From Mobula birostris (Eukaryota): a stretch of 64,000 bases of DNA. The translations under genes and the position numbers were made by a program. The notes below the pieces were generated by a model. The model was not told the DNA's origin. It saw nothing but the letters and a program-made list of their open reading frames with translations, and did no database searches. The stretch spans positions 24,691,649-24,755,648 of the forward strand of contig NC_092398.1 in assembly GCF_030028105.1 (NCBI RefSeq). The letters are read 5' to 3'. Below, in pieces: positions 13,181 through 25,147 of this stretch; the first letter of the stretch is position 1, and the number at the start of each line of letters is the position of its first letter.

Positions 13181-13444
13181 CTTGACCTGGCTGGTGCTGT
13201 TGTGGCATCGGTGCCGAACTTCGGGACGAAAGGTCCAGAGTTCGAATCCTGCCGGCTCCCCTGCACGCTTTTCATCCGTGCTGGGTTACGAGTGGGTGAT
13301 CTCTTTGGAAACTCACGCGGCGGAAGGCAACGGCAAACCACTGCTGCGACTTGCCTCGTACACGGTCCCCCACTACGTCAGAGAGGCGTGGAAGGAAATC
13401 ATCTGCTAACCAGAGAAACTCCAGATGAGGCGTACCTTTCCTTT
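13181..13444 (+). mobile_element. tRNA-derived SINE with RTE-type tail
   Basis: B box GTTCGAATCC at about 13240 after a tRNA-like head containing ACTTCGG. Tail ggaaggcaacggcaaaccactg. TSD TATCCAGC. Empty site in the paralogs near 7065 and 20870. Confidence 0.8.
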
Positions 13445-15861
13445 TATCCAGCATTACTGATTTTTTAAAAAATTTGTAAATGTCTTCTCAAACTAAACTA
13501 TGAGCCCACCTTAATTTAAGTCCAGAATTTAATATGTCACCAGCAACAGAGCTTTGAACTCCATTATTTGTGCAGCTTCCGCCAGAAGGATACCCCTGCA
13601 CCCAAACCCTCTGTGTTTGTGGAAAAGTCAGTTTTGAGTCCAAGCTGCCAAGTTCAAAGATCAAAGTACATATACTTAACCATATAAAGCCCTGGGAATC
13701 CTTTTTCTTTTCGGAGCATTCACAGTAAATAACAAGAAAGAATATAGAATCAATGGAAAAATGCATGCCAACAAAGACAGATAAACAACCAATCTATAAA
13801 AGACAATACATTGTGCAAATACAAAAAACGGGAAAAGTAACAATAAAGAAATAAATATAAATATTGACAACTTGAGTATAGAGTTCTGGAAAGTGAGTGT
13901 TTAGGTTGACAGATCTGTTCAGTGTTGGGGTGAGTGAAGTGATCTACTCTGGTCTGGAGCCGGGGATAGTCGACGGGTAATAACTGTTCCAGAACATGGA
14001 GGTCTGGAATCTAATGCTTTTGTACCTCCTGCCTGCACCAGAGAGAAGAGAGCACACCCGGATGGCAAGGATCCTAGATGATGGATGCTGTTGTCCGGTG
14101 ACGGCTCTCCTTGCAGATATGCTCCGGTGGTGGCGCGGTCGCTACCTGTGATGGGCTGGTAAAGCCCTACCAAGTCACTGTGAATACACACACATACTGC
14201 ACAGTGAATGAGATACAGCAGAATCTATTACAGTGTTCTATTTTGCAATTTGATTTTTAAATAGACTTTCTTTTGTAAATGAAGAAGAATTGCACCGGCT
14301 AGACGCAGAGTGAAGCTCGAGTACTGTGATCACTCGGGTCAAGTATGATTTTCCCCAAGTGGTTATTCCCTTTACCATGGGGAGGCTGATGCACAGGCAG
14401 ATCGGAGTCAGATCGGGGTCAGCATCCAGTTGTATAGAAGGCAAAATGAGAGAAGACCCTACATTCCTGCAGCCTTCCTCTGCCTTCACTGTCTTTGTAA
14501 CTTGTCATTATCTTCCGGCAGCTGCACCGTTGAGGGTTATTTGTCTGGAACCACCTCCGCCCTTGCTCTGACCACAATAGGAGACCCGAGCTGGGGCTAA
14601 TCTCCAGATGGCAGCGCTCACGGAACCCCAGGAACTCTCGATCCTCTCCACCATGACAAGTTGGGAGAAAAAACTCACATTTTCCATGTCATGTATCAAA
14701 ACCATTCAGCAATTAGTCGTAGACCCCAGGTTGGGAACCCTTGCTCAGCACTATCACATCGCAAGATTATGGGGTTAATCTCGGAAAGAAACCTCTGCTA
14801 CACTGCCCCATCGCGTGCTGCCTGGGCAGGCATTAATCGTAGGGCTTCTTCCCTTTCGTTACTTCTCAACAAAATAATAAAGGAAATGTTTCATTGTTTA
14901 TCTCAGGCTGAGTACTATGTAATCTCATGTGGTCAACTCCTCTATTTCTCATACCGAGAATTGGAATTTCAAACACAGAAAGTCTCTGCCAAACTGGTCT
15001 AAATCTTCTTTTCACCTCCTTCGGAACACAGAGTCCACCCCTGCTTGATCAGCGTCCAATTTCCGCACAATCCACAACTCTTCGATTTACCTCGCGCACC
15101 GGAGGAATCCCACCGTCCGTCACTGTGTAGGTGCTTTTCAAGATTATTTCCTTGTGCCCGGGAGTATTTCACGTCCAAGTGCAAATATGCAAAACAAGCA
15201 AACCAAGGTTCCGGGGAAAGATGAGATGCATCTCCACGGAATTTATGTTCACTTGGAAACGTGGCGTCTGATCAGGAATCATCAGAGTGGTTTTGTTGCG
15301 GATGAAACCCTGCCTTACTAAATTCGGAAGGTTTTTCAGAAGGTAACTGAAAATGCAGGCAAGGCAGCGGGGTTTCCACAGCGACCTCAGTGAGGAGAAC
15401 TTCAGAGATTGGAGAGGCCGGGCTAGTTTTCCACGGGTAAAAGTCGAAGGTCGAAAGATATAAAACGAGAGAGTAGAGAGTCAAGATCATTTTCCCCTCG
15501 TAGGAGCACAGATTTGATTTATCGTCAGGGAAGGACACTTAAACCGAATCTAGGTTTGCTCCGTTTAATTAAATTTTAATTGAATACAGCAGGCCAGACG
15601 AGACCGCGCCTTTCAGGCTTTCCGAAATTCAAAGGCTTGTCATGTGAAGAGCATTTGATGGCTCGCTGAAACTCAAAACAATGAGGTAGCGTTTTGAAAC
15701 CTATCGAATGTTGAGAAGCCTCGAAAGCATGACGCATGCATAGAACGGCGTTCCTTTAGAACAGAGGTGAGGAGGAATTTCATCAGGGATTGGTGACTGT
15801 GGAAAATGAGGCACGAGAAATAATAATGGGGGGGCGCTGAAGAACTAAATGGGAATTCTAT

Positions 15862-16688
15862 ACAGGTGCGCACTTCAATGTCTTCTCCCTGGAATATTAT
15901 CATAATGCGCCCTAAACTGGTGCACACTTCCATGTCTTCCCCCGGTAAAAGCTATCTCCAGGTATAGCCCAAACATTGCTGCTACAGAGAACCCGTTATC
16001 CCAGCTGTGAAACATTACAGAGAAGCGTGAATCCTTCTTAGCAGTGAATCTTACCACCAAAGTTAGTCATGTCCTCATGACGTTGAGATAATTCGCCAAC
16101 CCTTCCTGCAAAACCCAAAGCCCAATCCAGGTGCAAAAGGCACCACGAGCAGAGATGTGGCCAGCCTGGATCCTGAAGAAGAGCAAACAGGGCCTGGACA
16201 CGGGACAGAGAGCTGCGAGTTGTAGGGGGGCCCGAGTGTCAGATGGGGGGAGGATTCGCCAAGTAGACCCGAAGTATCACCAGTAGCGTCTGAGACTGAA
16301 GAGTTAGGTGAAGAGGTGCAGAGGTCTCAGAGAATTAGGAGAATTAGGAGAACAGGGCGTGTTTTGGGGAACAATGTTTTGCACCTGGCTTTGTGCTTTG
16401 CAGGAAGGGTAGGTGATTTATCTCAACGTCATGAGAACATGATCAAATTTGGTGCTGGGAGAGTGTAACGCGCTGTTGCATTCACCGCTATTGGCTTTTC
16501 TGCTCAGATAACAGTTTCTCTATAGCAGCTGGAGATAACAGGACCAGGGCCTATACCGGGGAAGACATTGAAGCGCGCACCTGTTTAGGGCCCATTATGA
16601 GAATATACCGGGGAAGACATTGAAGCGCGCACCTGTTTAGGGCCTATTATGAGAATATAAAAGGGAGAAGACATTGAAGTGCGCACCG
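15862..16688. repeat. Fold-back (inverted repeat) of a Gypsy-like pol 3' end / PPT / LTR start
   Basis: Arms 15862-16138 and 16377-16688 are reverse complements. The spacer encodes EEVQRSQRIRRIRR. Purine tract gggagag is followed by TGTAACG at about 16465. About 2.5 copies of a 52-bp tandem unit at 16559-16688. Confidence 0.7.
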
Positions 16689-17132
16689 GTCTTCCACAGT
16701 GAGGAGTGGCGCGAAATACTCAGCCTTCTCCCCCATCTCCCCCATATTCTAGCGGTTCCCCTTTTTTTGACACACTTGAAAAATTTTTATCCACTTTAAT
16801 ATTACTTGATAACTTGATTTTTCCCTTCGAATTCTAATGATTTTTAGTTGTTCTCTGTAAGTTTTTAAAAACTTCTTTTTACTTTGTTGTATGTACTTCC
16901 TTTTGCTTTCTTTCCCTTGTCAGCTATTTTACCATTTGAGTATTTCTTCATTTTTAGAATACACATAATTTTTCCCAGAAACTCATTCCTGCTCTGCTGA
17001 AAAAAAGATATCTCCCCCTTTCATCTTACCCCCTCTTATCTTCAAGGCTTGCACTCTGCTACTGGACATTTCAACGCTTGAAAGAATGAGACTTTCTGCC
17101 GACTCCATCTCTGCCTCTCATAATATTAAAAG

Positions 17133-17261
17133 CTACTTCTAAACGGGCCGAGGTCTGGTACCAGAGTGAAAACAACATCCACTACTTTGACATTAGTACC
17201 AAGGACGCCATCAGTGTGAATCAGGACTGCCAGACCTTTGACCATGATGATCCTGAAGCTG
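17133..17261 (+). pseudogene. RAB7A: Relic exon homologous to the Rab7 exon encoding [10 protein letters not shown]...ARNALKQ
   Basis: Translates TSKRAEVWYQSENNIHYFDISTKDAISVNQDCQTF, against Rab7 [34 protein letters not shown]. Ends ctgaagctg|GTATGT at the homologous splice position. Frameshift near the end; no other Rab7 exons seen. Confidence 0.7.
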
Positions 17262-17389
17262 GTATGTGAGCAGACACTATAAGAGGCTTCTGCGGAGGGA
17301 GCTCCGCCGTCTTTAACGTTATACTTTTTCCACCTGTCACCTCTGAACTTCTAACGATGCTCCTTCCCCTAATTATCTAGCTCCAATTG

Positions 17390-18690
17390 AACCCCTGCCT
17401 GCCCCCTACACCAGTTCGTCAGACACACATTTACATGGCTATTTTCCTATTTTTACGATCACTGGTACATGGCACAGGCAGCAATTCAGCGAATACTGCC
17501 TCATTGATCTTAATTCTCACCTTTCTACCGATCTCCTTAAAATTTCTCTTCAGGACTTCCTCACCTTGTCTCCCTAGTTCATTGGTGCCAATGAGTACTA
17601 AGACTTCTGGCTGTTCACTCCCGCTATTGGGAATGCCGTGTTTCCGTTCAGAGACATCACTGATCCTGGCACCAGGGAGGCAACGTACCATTCTGGTGCC
17701 ATTACCGCGCCCAGAGAACATCATCTCCGTTTTTTTGTCTGTCAATACCACAGTCCTCTTTACCTCTCTGCTCTGCTGCGGCACAGCACCAGACTCAGTG
17801 CCAGAGACCCGGTCACTGTGTTCTTTCCTCCCCCGATAATTCGTCCCCATCAACAGTACTTAAAGTTGTACACTTATTATTGAGGGGAACAGGCACAGTA
17901 GTACTCTTCGCTGGCTGTGTATTTCCCATCCTTGTTCTGACAGTCACCCAGCTACCTGTCTCATGAATTCTAGAGTTGGCTACCTCCCGATAGCTCCTGT
18001 AATCTCCTCCCCATTTTACCGTATGAGTCGAAGGTCGTGCAGCTGAAGCTCCAGTTCATTAATACGTTATCTCAGGAACTGCACCTCGGTGCACCTGGTT
18101 CAGATGTGTTTATCCGGGCCTCCGGCTGTATCACAGGCATCCCACATGCCACACCCAGGACAAACCACTGCGCGGAGCCATTCGCTACCAAACTATGAGG
18201 AGTGAACAAACAAGAACAGAGAAAGAGAATAACGTATAAGATATACTTCCCCCAAACCTGATCTCGCCGAAACCTAATTAGCCAAAGCCACTCTAAACAC
18301 TGGCCCACTCAAAAGACTGGCTGCTCAGGTTGCACTTGAGTTATTGTTACTGGTCCTTTATGATAAGCTGCTCTTGCCGAATGGTCGCTCCTCACATCAG
18401 AGAAACTGCCCCGAAGCTCTGTCTTTAAAATCTCTGTCGTCGTCCTGATTGAAATATAGGCCTTTTTTTTTTTTTACGTTGATTTTGATCATCTAACTCA
18501 GCAAAAACTGTCACGAAGCTCTGCTTTTTGAATCGAGAATACGGACCAGACTAAAAGATAACTCTTTTTACACACTGCCCATTGCTGACTGCTGGCTCCT
18601 GAATTCAGAGTTCCGTCATACTCCGCCTTTTAAATTCGATCGCCGTTCTGACTGAATTGTAGTTCTTTTTACGCACCGCTGAAGTTGATT
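17390..18690 (-). mobile_element. CR1 LINE 5' region with ORF1 SGNH-esterase remnant
   Basis: ORF 17431-17853 contains MVRCLPGARISDV...PEVLVLIGTNELGR...LLPVP, the CR1 ORF1 esterase signature. Confidence 0.8.
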
Positions 18691-19256
18691 GTCCAAAAGT
18701 TTTGGGCTTCCTTGGTGTAGAGTGAGCTGCTTCTCCAAGGATCGTTACCTTGTCATGGTGGAGAGGCTTGAGAGTACCAGAGCTCTAGGGGCCCCGGGAA
18801 CCCAGCCGTCCGGAGATCAGCTCCAGTTTGTGCTACCCATTGCGTCAGATCAAGGGGGCACGTGGCTCCAGATAAAGATACCTGAATGGTACAGCTGGCG
18901 GGAGATGAAGGACCAACACAATGGCATTGAATGTGGAGCAAGGCTACAGCACTGAACCCTTGCTACTGGACCCTGTTAAAGGTTCCTCCTATGCATCAGC
19001 CTCCTCGTGTTGAATAAAGTTACACTGATGCGTTCCCCATTCAAGGAATAACCCTTTGGGGAAAGTCATACTTGACCTGAGTGATCACAGTACACGAGTT
19101 TCACTCTGTGTCTACCTGGCGCAATTATTTTGTTTCATTTACAAAAGAAAGAGTAATGCCCTGGTTCATATTATTACGGTTATGCTGTATGTATTTCAAT
19201 TTGTGCTGTTCTGTACTTCATTTTGGCAGTTCTGTGAGAGCTGCTTGCTTTCAGTT

Positions 19257-19405
19257 TACAGTAGCATGCGAAAGTTTGGGCACCCCGGTCAAAATTTCTG
19301 TTGCTGTAAATAATTAAGTCGGTAGAAGATGAACTGATCTCCAAAAGTCATGAATTTAAAGATCAAACATTCTTTTCAACATTCTCAGGGAAATTCGTTC
19401 ATATT
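19257..19405 (+). mobile_element. Tc1 terminal fragment (second family)
   Basis: Begins TACAGTAGCATGCGAAAGTTTGGGCACCCC, a Tc1-type TIR, and is truncated at the adjacent CR1. Confidence 0.55.
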
Positions 19406-20040
19406 ATGAGCACTTTCCTCCGGCATTCTTTTACCTTATGTTTTCTACTCAATTCCTCAGTAACTTCAAATAGGTTCTTCTTGCACTTGCAGATCCTTAG
19501 CTCTATCCACAACGATTCAATAACTTCCGACCCCATGTCACCTCTTTCTGATGATTTCCTTTCATTTTTTTTTACCAACAGAGCAACGCCGCCCCCTCTG
19601 CTTTCCTGCCTGTGGTTTCATTACATTTTGTATCCTTGGACATTAAGCTCCCAGCTACAATCTATATTCAGCTACGCTTCAGTGATGCCTACACCATCAT
19701 ACATGCCAAACTGTAACTGTGAAACAAGCTCATCAATCGTATTCCAAATGCTGTGCGAATTCAAATATAATACCTTGAGTCCTCTATTCACCCTCTTCGA
19801 TTTTATTCGCCTTTCACTTTGCGACTTACCCTATCTTTCATGGAGCAGCAGCTCCAGTTCCTTAATACGTTCTCTCAGGAACGGCAACTGGATTCACCCG
19901 GTTCGGATGTGTTTATCTGGGACTCCGGAGATCTCCCAGATTTCCCACATCCCACAGAGAGTACAAACCACTGCACCTGGAGCCATTCTTACTAAACTAT
20001 GAAGCAAGAACAAATCAAAACAGAGAGAGTAAGGGGGGGG

Positions 20041-20082
<42 letters not shown>

Positions 20083-20256
20083 CTTACAAGATATACTTGT
20101 ATTTTGCAACGTTGATTCCCAAAAGGTTTGGGAACACTCGTTGTAGATTGAGCCTCTTCTGTCAGGATCGTTACCTTGTCATGGTGAAGAGGGTTGAGAG
20201 TTTCATAGTTCCTGGGGTCCCGTGAGCGCTGAACACTAAACAGATATGTCAACCCA

Positions 20257-20384
20257 ATCCTGACGAAGGGTCTCGGCCTGAAACGTCGACTACACCTCTT
20301 CCTAGAGATGCTGCCTGGCCTACTGCGTTCACCAGCAACTTTGATGTATGTTGCTTGAATTTCCAGCATCTGCAGAATTCCTGT
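20257..20384 (+). mobile_element. Penelope-related short element with an intact minimal hammerhead core
   Basis: AATC-CTGACGA-AGG-GTCTCGG-CCT-GAAAC-GTC-GACT at 20256-20291. 10-bp TSD TGTCAACCCA (20247-20256, 20385-20394). Confidence 0.8.
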
Positions 20385-23300
20385 TGTCAACCCAGAGACT
20401 CGCTTTCAGGAACGCTATGCTCAAGTTGTCAATATCTATTATTATTTCTTCATTGTTAGTTTGTTTTCCTTTATTTGCATTTGCACAATCTGTTGTCTTT
20501 TACATGTTGGTTATTTGCCTGTCTTTGTTGGTATGCAGCTTTCCATTGATTGTATATTGTTTCTTCGTATTTACTGTGAATGTTCTGAAAAAAACGTAAT
20601 CTTAGGGTTGTAGATGGTGACATATACTTTGTTAATAAATTAACTTTGAACTTTGAACTTGGCTGTTTGGGCTCAGAACTGACTTTCCCACAGACGACGG
20701 AGGGTCCGGGTATAGCCGTGTCTTTCTGGCGGAAACTGAGTAAATAAAGGTGTTCGGAGTTCTGTTGCTTGCGACATCTTAAACGGATTTGGACTAAATT
20801 TGAGTTGGGCTCATGGGTAAGTTTAAGTTGACATTTACAAAATACAAAGTAATCGGTAACGTTGGATTGTTGGGAATACTGTCACAGGAGTCACCGGAAT
20901 ATTTTTGAATTGAAAATACGGGCAGGAAAATTGCGAAATTGAGTCATTCAGTCCAATGTGTGGTTTTCCACGGTGTGTTTTTGGTGGGGGGTGATGGTGA
21001 AGGTGTGGGGGACAGTCAAATATCAGAGAAATGCACACAGTAGACGAGTGGACCATTATGATTATCGACATGCACTCAACGGCTATCTTATTATGTACTT
21101 CCTGTATCTAATAAAGTTGCTACTCGGTGTATGTTTGTCGTCTTTTGTTATAGCGCCCCATCCAGGTGAAGGTTCGACGTGTTTTGCGTTCAGAGATGCT
21201 TTTCTGCACTCTACTTTGTAACGGTTTTTTATTTAGTTACTATCCCCTTCCTGACAGCTTGAAAGAGATTTCCTATTCTCCTCCGACTTCTCACATCAAC
21301 AAGGCGTTTTTGTCCACAGAACTGCCGCTCACTGGTTTTTGTTTTTGTTCTTCACACGAGTCCCCTGAAACTCTCGAGACTGTTGTGGGTGAAAATCCCA
21401 GCAGATCAGCAGTTTCTGACATACACAAACCACCAACAATCATTCCACGGTCAATGTAACTTAAATGACCTGTTGATGTTTTAAAGTTTCAAATCTTCTG
21501 ATGTTTGATTACAGGTTTCAAAGGTACATTTAATGTGCGATGGTTTAAATGGTACATTTAACGTCAGATGTTTTAAATTAAAAGTATTTTAAAATCACGT
21601 TCTCACATTCGGTATGCTTTTATGCATTGAGTTGTTGCCACATAACTGGGTGATTAGATATTTCTATGAAGGGACTGGTGTACTGGTGTACCCTAATAAA
21701 GTGACTACTGAGTGTATTGTCATAGGTTTTGTCGGGATGTGGGTCAATTGCATATATGTGCAGAGAAATGGTATATCGGTGTTCATGCAGTCCAGTGTGT
21801 GCTGTTCACTTTGAGAGGTTAACTGTCAGAGGTACGTTTGCAATAAAAGGGTGGACCAGAGGAGCAATGTTATGTAGAAGGATCTCGGGTGTTTAAGTCC
21901 ATACCTAGCGGAAAGTGGCAGCATAATTGGAGAAGATGCTTGTTGTGTATAAAACAGGGAGGCCAAATTCCATAAAGCATCAGTGTATAATATTGGTTCG
22001 CTTGATTTTGGAGTACATACACTCAGTGTCCACTTCAGCACTTTTAGAGGACAAAGATGGGAAAGGGAGAAGAAATAGGATCTAAGTGACTTTGACAGGG
22101 GAATGATTGATGGTGTCAGACGGGGTGGTTTGAGTATCTCAGAGACTGTTGATCACTTGGGAATTTCACGCGCAGCAGTTTCCAGAGTTTACGCAGAATA
22201 GTGCGATAAACAAAAAAGTCCAATGAGCGGCAGTTCTTTGGGCGAAAACGCCTTGTTAATGAGAGAGGTCATATGAGAATAGGCAGACTGTTTCAAGCTG
22301 ACAGGAAAGCGCCAGTAACTCAAATAACCTTGTGTTATAACAGTGGTGTGCAGAAGAGAATCACGAGCCTTGAATTGGACGGGCCACTGCAGAAGAAGGC
22401 TATGAACAGATAATACACGCAGTGATCACTTTGTTAGTTGCAGGAATTACCCAATAAAGTGGCCAGTGAATATAATTAGGAGACGCAGGAATATGTTGAG
22501 TCAGGGGTTCCCCATCTTTGTTATGCTATGTACCAATATCATTCGGCAAAGGGTCCACCTTACCCCGGTACAGCCAGAATCCTCCGTCCATCCTGGGGGG
22601 AAGTCAGTAGCAGTGTTGACGAGCTGTGTAGCCAGAGAGTGGAAACTCTGAGGATGTCATTGCTGCAATCCGCTCCAGATGACAAGTCATTGGGTGGTTT
22701 TCAAGTGGAGGTTGTGCATTAGTTCGTTATGTGCCCTATGGAATGACATGGGCGATCATGGTCTTTCCATTACCATGATTGTTCATGGCAAAGTTTTCTG
22801 CAGAAGTGGTCTGCAATTGCCTTCTTCTGGCCAATGTCTTTACACGACGGTTCAGCCCAACCATTATCAATGACCTTCAGAGATTGTCTGTCTGGCGTGA
22901 GAGGTGGCATAATCAGGATTTGTAATATACACCGGCTACACATACCACCTGCTCTCACGGGTTCATCTGACACTGATCGAGAGATCTAAGCAGGTGTTAC
23001 ACCGTGCCTAAGGGTGACCTGCAGGCTACTGGAGGGAATTAGCGTCTCCCACCTCTTTTGTTAGATATGTATCTGCACCCCGATACCCAGGAGGGTGTTG
23101 AGCTCTGGATTAAGAAAACGTATTGTGGGATATGGAGAGAAGACTAGAGAATGTTGTTGAGGGGGATGATAAATCAGACATGATGGATTGGTGGAGAATA
23201 CTCGACGGGCTGAATGGTCTCATTCTGCTTCTAGATAAGATGGCCCTATGGTGTTTAAAATGGAATGGAATGGAGGGATATGCACCAAGTATAAATAGAA

Positions 23301-24307
23301 TAATGTACTTTGCGGTCGGGTTTATCACAGAAATGGTGTGCCGTAGGACCTGTTCCCGTATTTCATGGTTCAAGATTCTGTGTTCTGAACGCATTCTGCA
23401 ATAGTCCCCGCCCTCGGTCCCTGTGCAAGCGGGGAGGACACTCTCGTTGAAAAAAGCTCCATATCTGTTCCCATCAATGTCGCTTGGCCGAGGGCCCTCG
23501 AGGAGAATCCCTGAGTGTTGTCCCCAGGGTGACGGTGCTTTGAATAACATTCCACTATGTTTAACTATGACGCCATGAGCATTTCATAGTTTAATTTAAT
23601 TGTTAATCAAGCATACATGAAGATAGCCAAACGGAGCAGCGTTACACCGGGGCCAAGGTACAATATACAATACCAACAGCAACACATAGCACAACAATAT
23701 ATAGGTTAGCAAGTGCTTATAAGTCGTCAGTAAATACAGTCCGACAATAGATATAGTCTAAGACCCTGAGACCATGAATGTTGCAGAAATCCGAATTAGT
23801 ATGTGAACAAGAGTTTCATAAGTAGTACATGGCGACTATCAGCGCTTTCTTCCTCACTGGAACTCACTGTGTCTGACGCTGGTAGTGGCCGACGGGTCGG
23901 CGAAACGGAACTGCACCTTGTGTCTGAGCCTTGGAGTGTCCGATAGGATGGTGTGGAGGGAACTTCACGTTGTACCTGACCCAGACAGTGTAGAGGGTGC
24001 TGCACTGTGTGCCTCACTCCGGGAATGTGTGATGGAACGATGCGGAAGGGCCCATCATTCTGTATCTGTCCCCGGGAGTGTGGGATGGGAGAATGTAGAA
24101 CGGGCTTCACTCTGTGTCTGATCTTCGGAGTCGCCGTTGCAGTGCCCATCACTGGGCCGTCTCTCGTGCCTTTGAATACGTTAGCCTTCTCCTCACATTC
24201 ACTGAGCGAATGGATGTGCCTTGCCCCTCCCCGAGCCATTTCTCTTTACCACACCTCCGGCCAGGAGGACGACAAGAAGAACGTCGTTGGGTTTGGGGGC
24301 TTGCTTG

Positions 24308-25147
24308 TGTTACATGCTCTAGGAGGTCTGTTTTTTTGGGAGAATGCTGTAATGGTCTTTTGGGGGTCACCTGATGTGATTTTCCCGCCGATGTGAGGTC
24401 ACGTGATGACATGTGCCCCCGTAACCATTGAAAGGTTGACTCGGGTGACGCAGTAGGTTTTTGAGGTTGTAGATTTCCAGGTAGAACGTGTTGTATCTCC
24501 GTTTCTGTTGCGTGTTTCATTTTTAAAACGGAAGGTGCGTTCTCTTACAAGATATTGCATTTGGACTGGGAATTTGTGGCCAGAAGTACCAATTTACTGA
24601 ATTCGGACAGTTTTGAAGGGAGAGTGAAGAATTCATCGAAGTGAAGGGTCGAGAGAAGTCGGCATCGGTTGGCAGTTTAATAAAGGATCGACCTTATTGA
24701 CCTTCGTCGAAGAGAACCTGCATTGGATAACTCTTGCAATAGCGCAATGAGTTCATGCACAAAGGCTCTCTCTCTCTAAAAGGAATTTAAGGTCAGTCGA
24801 TTTAAACTGTTTATTTTCGGCATCGGGATTCCTGTGGACAGGTGCGTCGGTGAAGAAATCCTTCTCCAGAGAAGTATCTCCCAATTGAACGTGCAAGTCT
24901 GTTGGACTTTTGAAGTTATCGCTTTAAGAACTATATCTGGCTGTATCGCTTTAAGAACGATTTTCCCATTTAACGCTTTAAGAACCAGAGCCGAGTTGAG
25001 CTGATGAACGGCTGCGTACCTGTTTAACCTCTGGTTAAAGTTCTCCTTTGTATTTTTCCCCTTATCGTTTATACGTGTTTAATAAATGTTTGGTTGTTTT
25101 CATAAAACCTGTCTCGATTAATATTCATCTTTGCCGGTTACGTAACA
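24308..25147 (+). mobile_element. Solo LTR with 4-bp TSD
   Basis: TGTTACA...CGTAACA ends, AATAAA at about 25081, flanks CTTG/CTTT. Empty site (gcttg-cttg-catcaatgg on the minus strand) near 495 in the paralog. Confidence 0.85.

Noticed and set aside
13189-13262. tRNA gene
   Set aside because: No convincing cloverleaf pairing. It continues into a SINE body and tail with a TSD, and the paralogs show the empty site.
16559-16688. CRISPR-like repeat array
   Set aside because: 52-bp head-to-tail tandem units with no unique spacers, inside an LTR-like region of a vertebrate genome.
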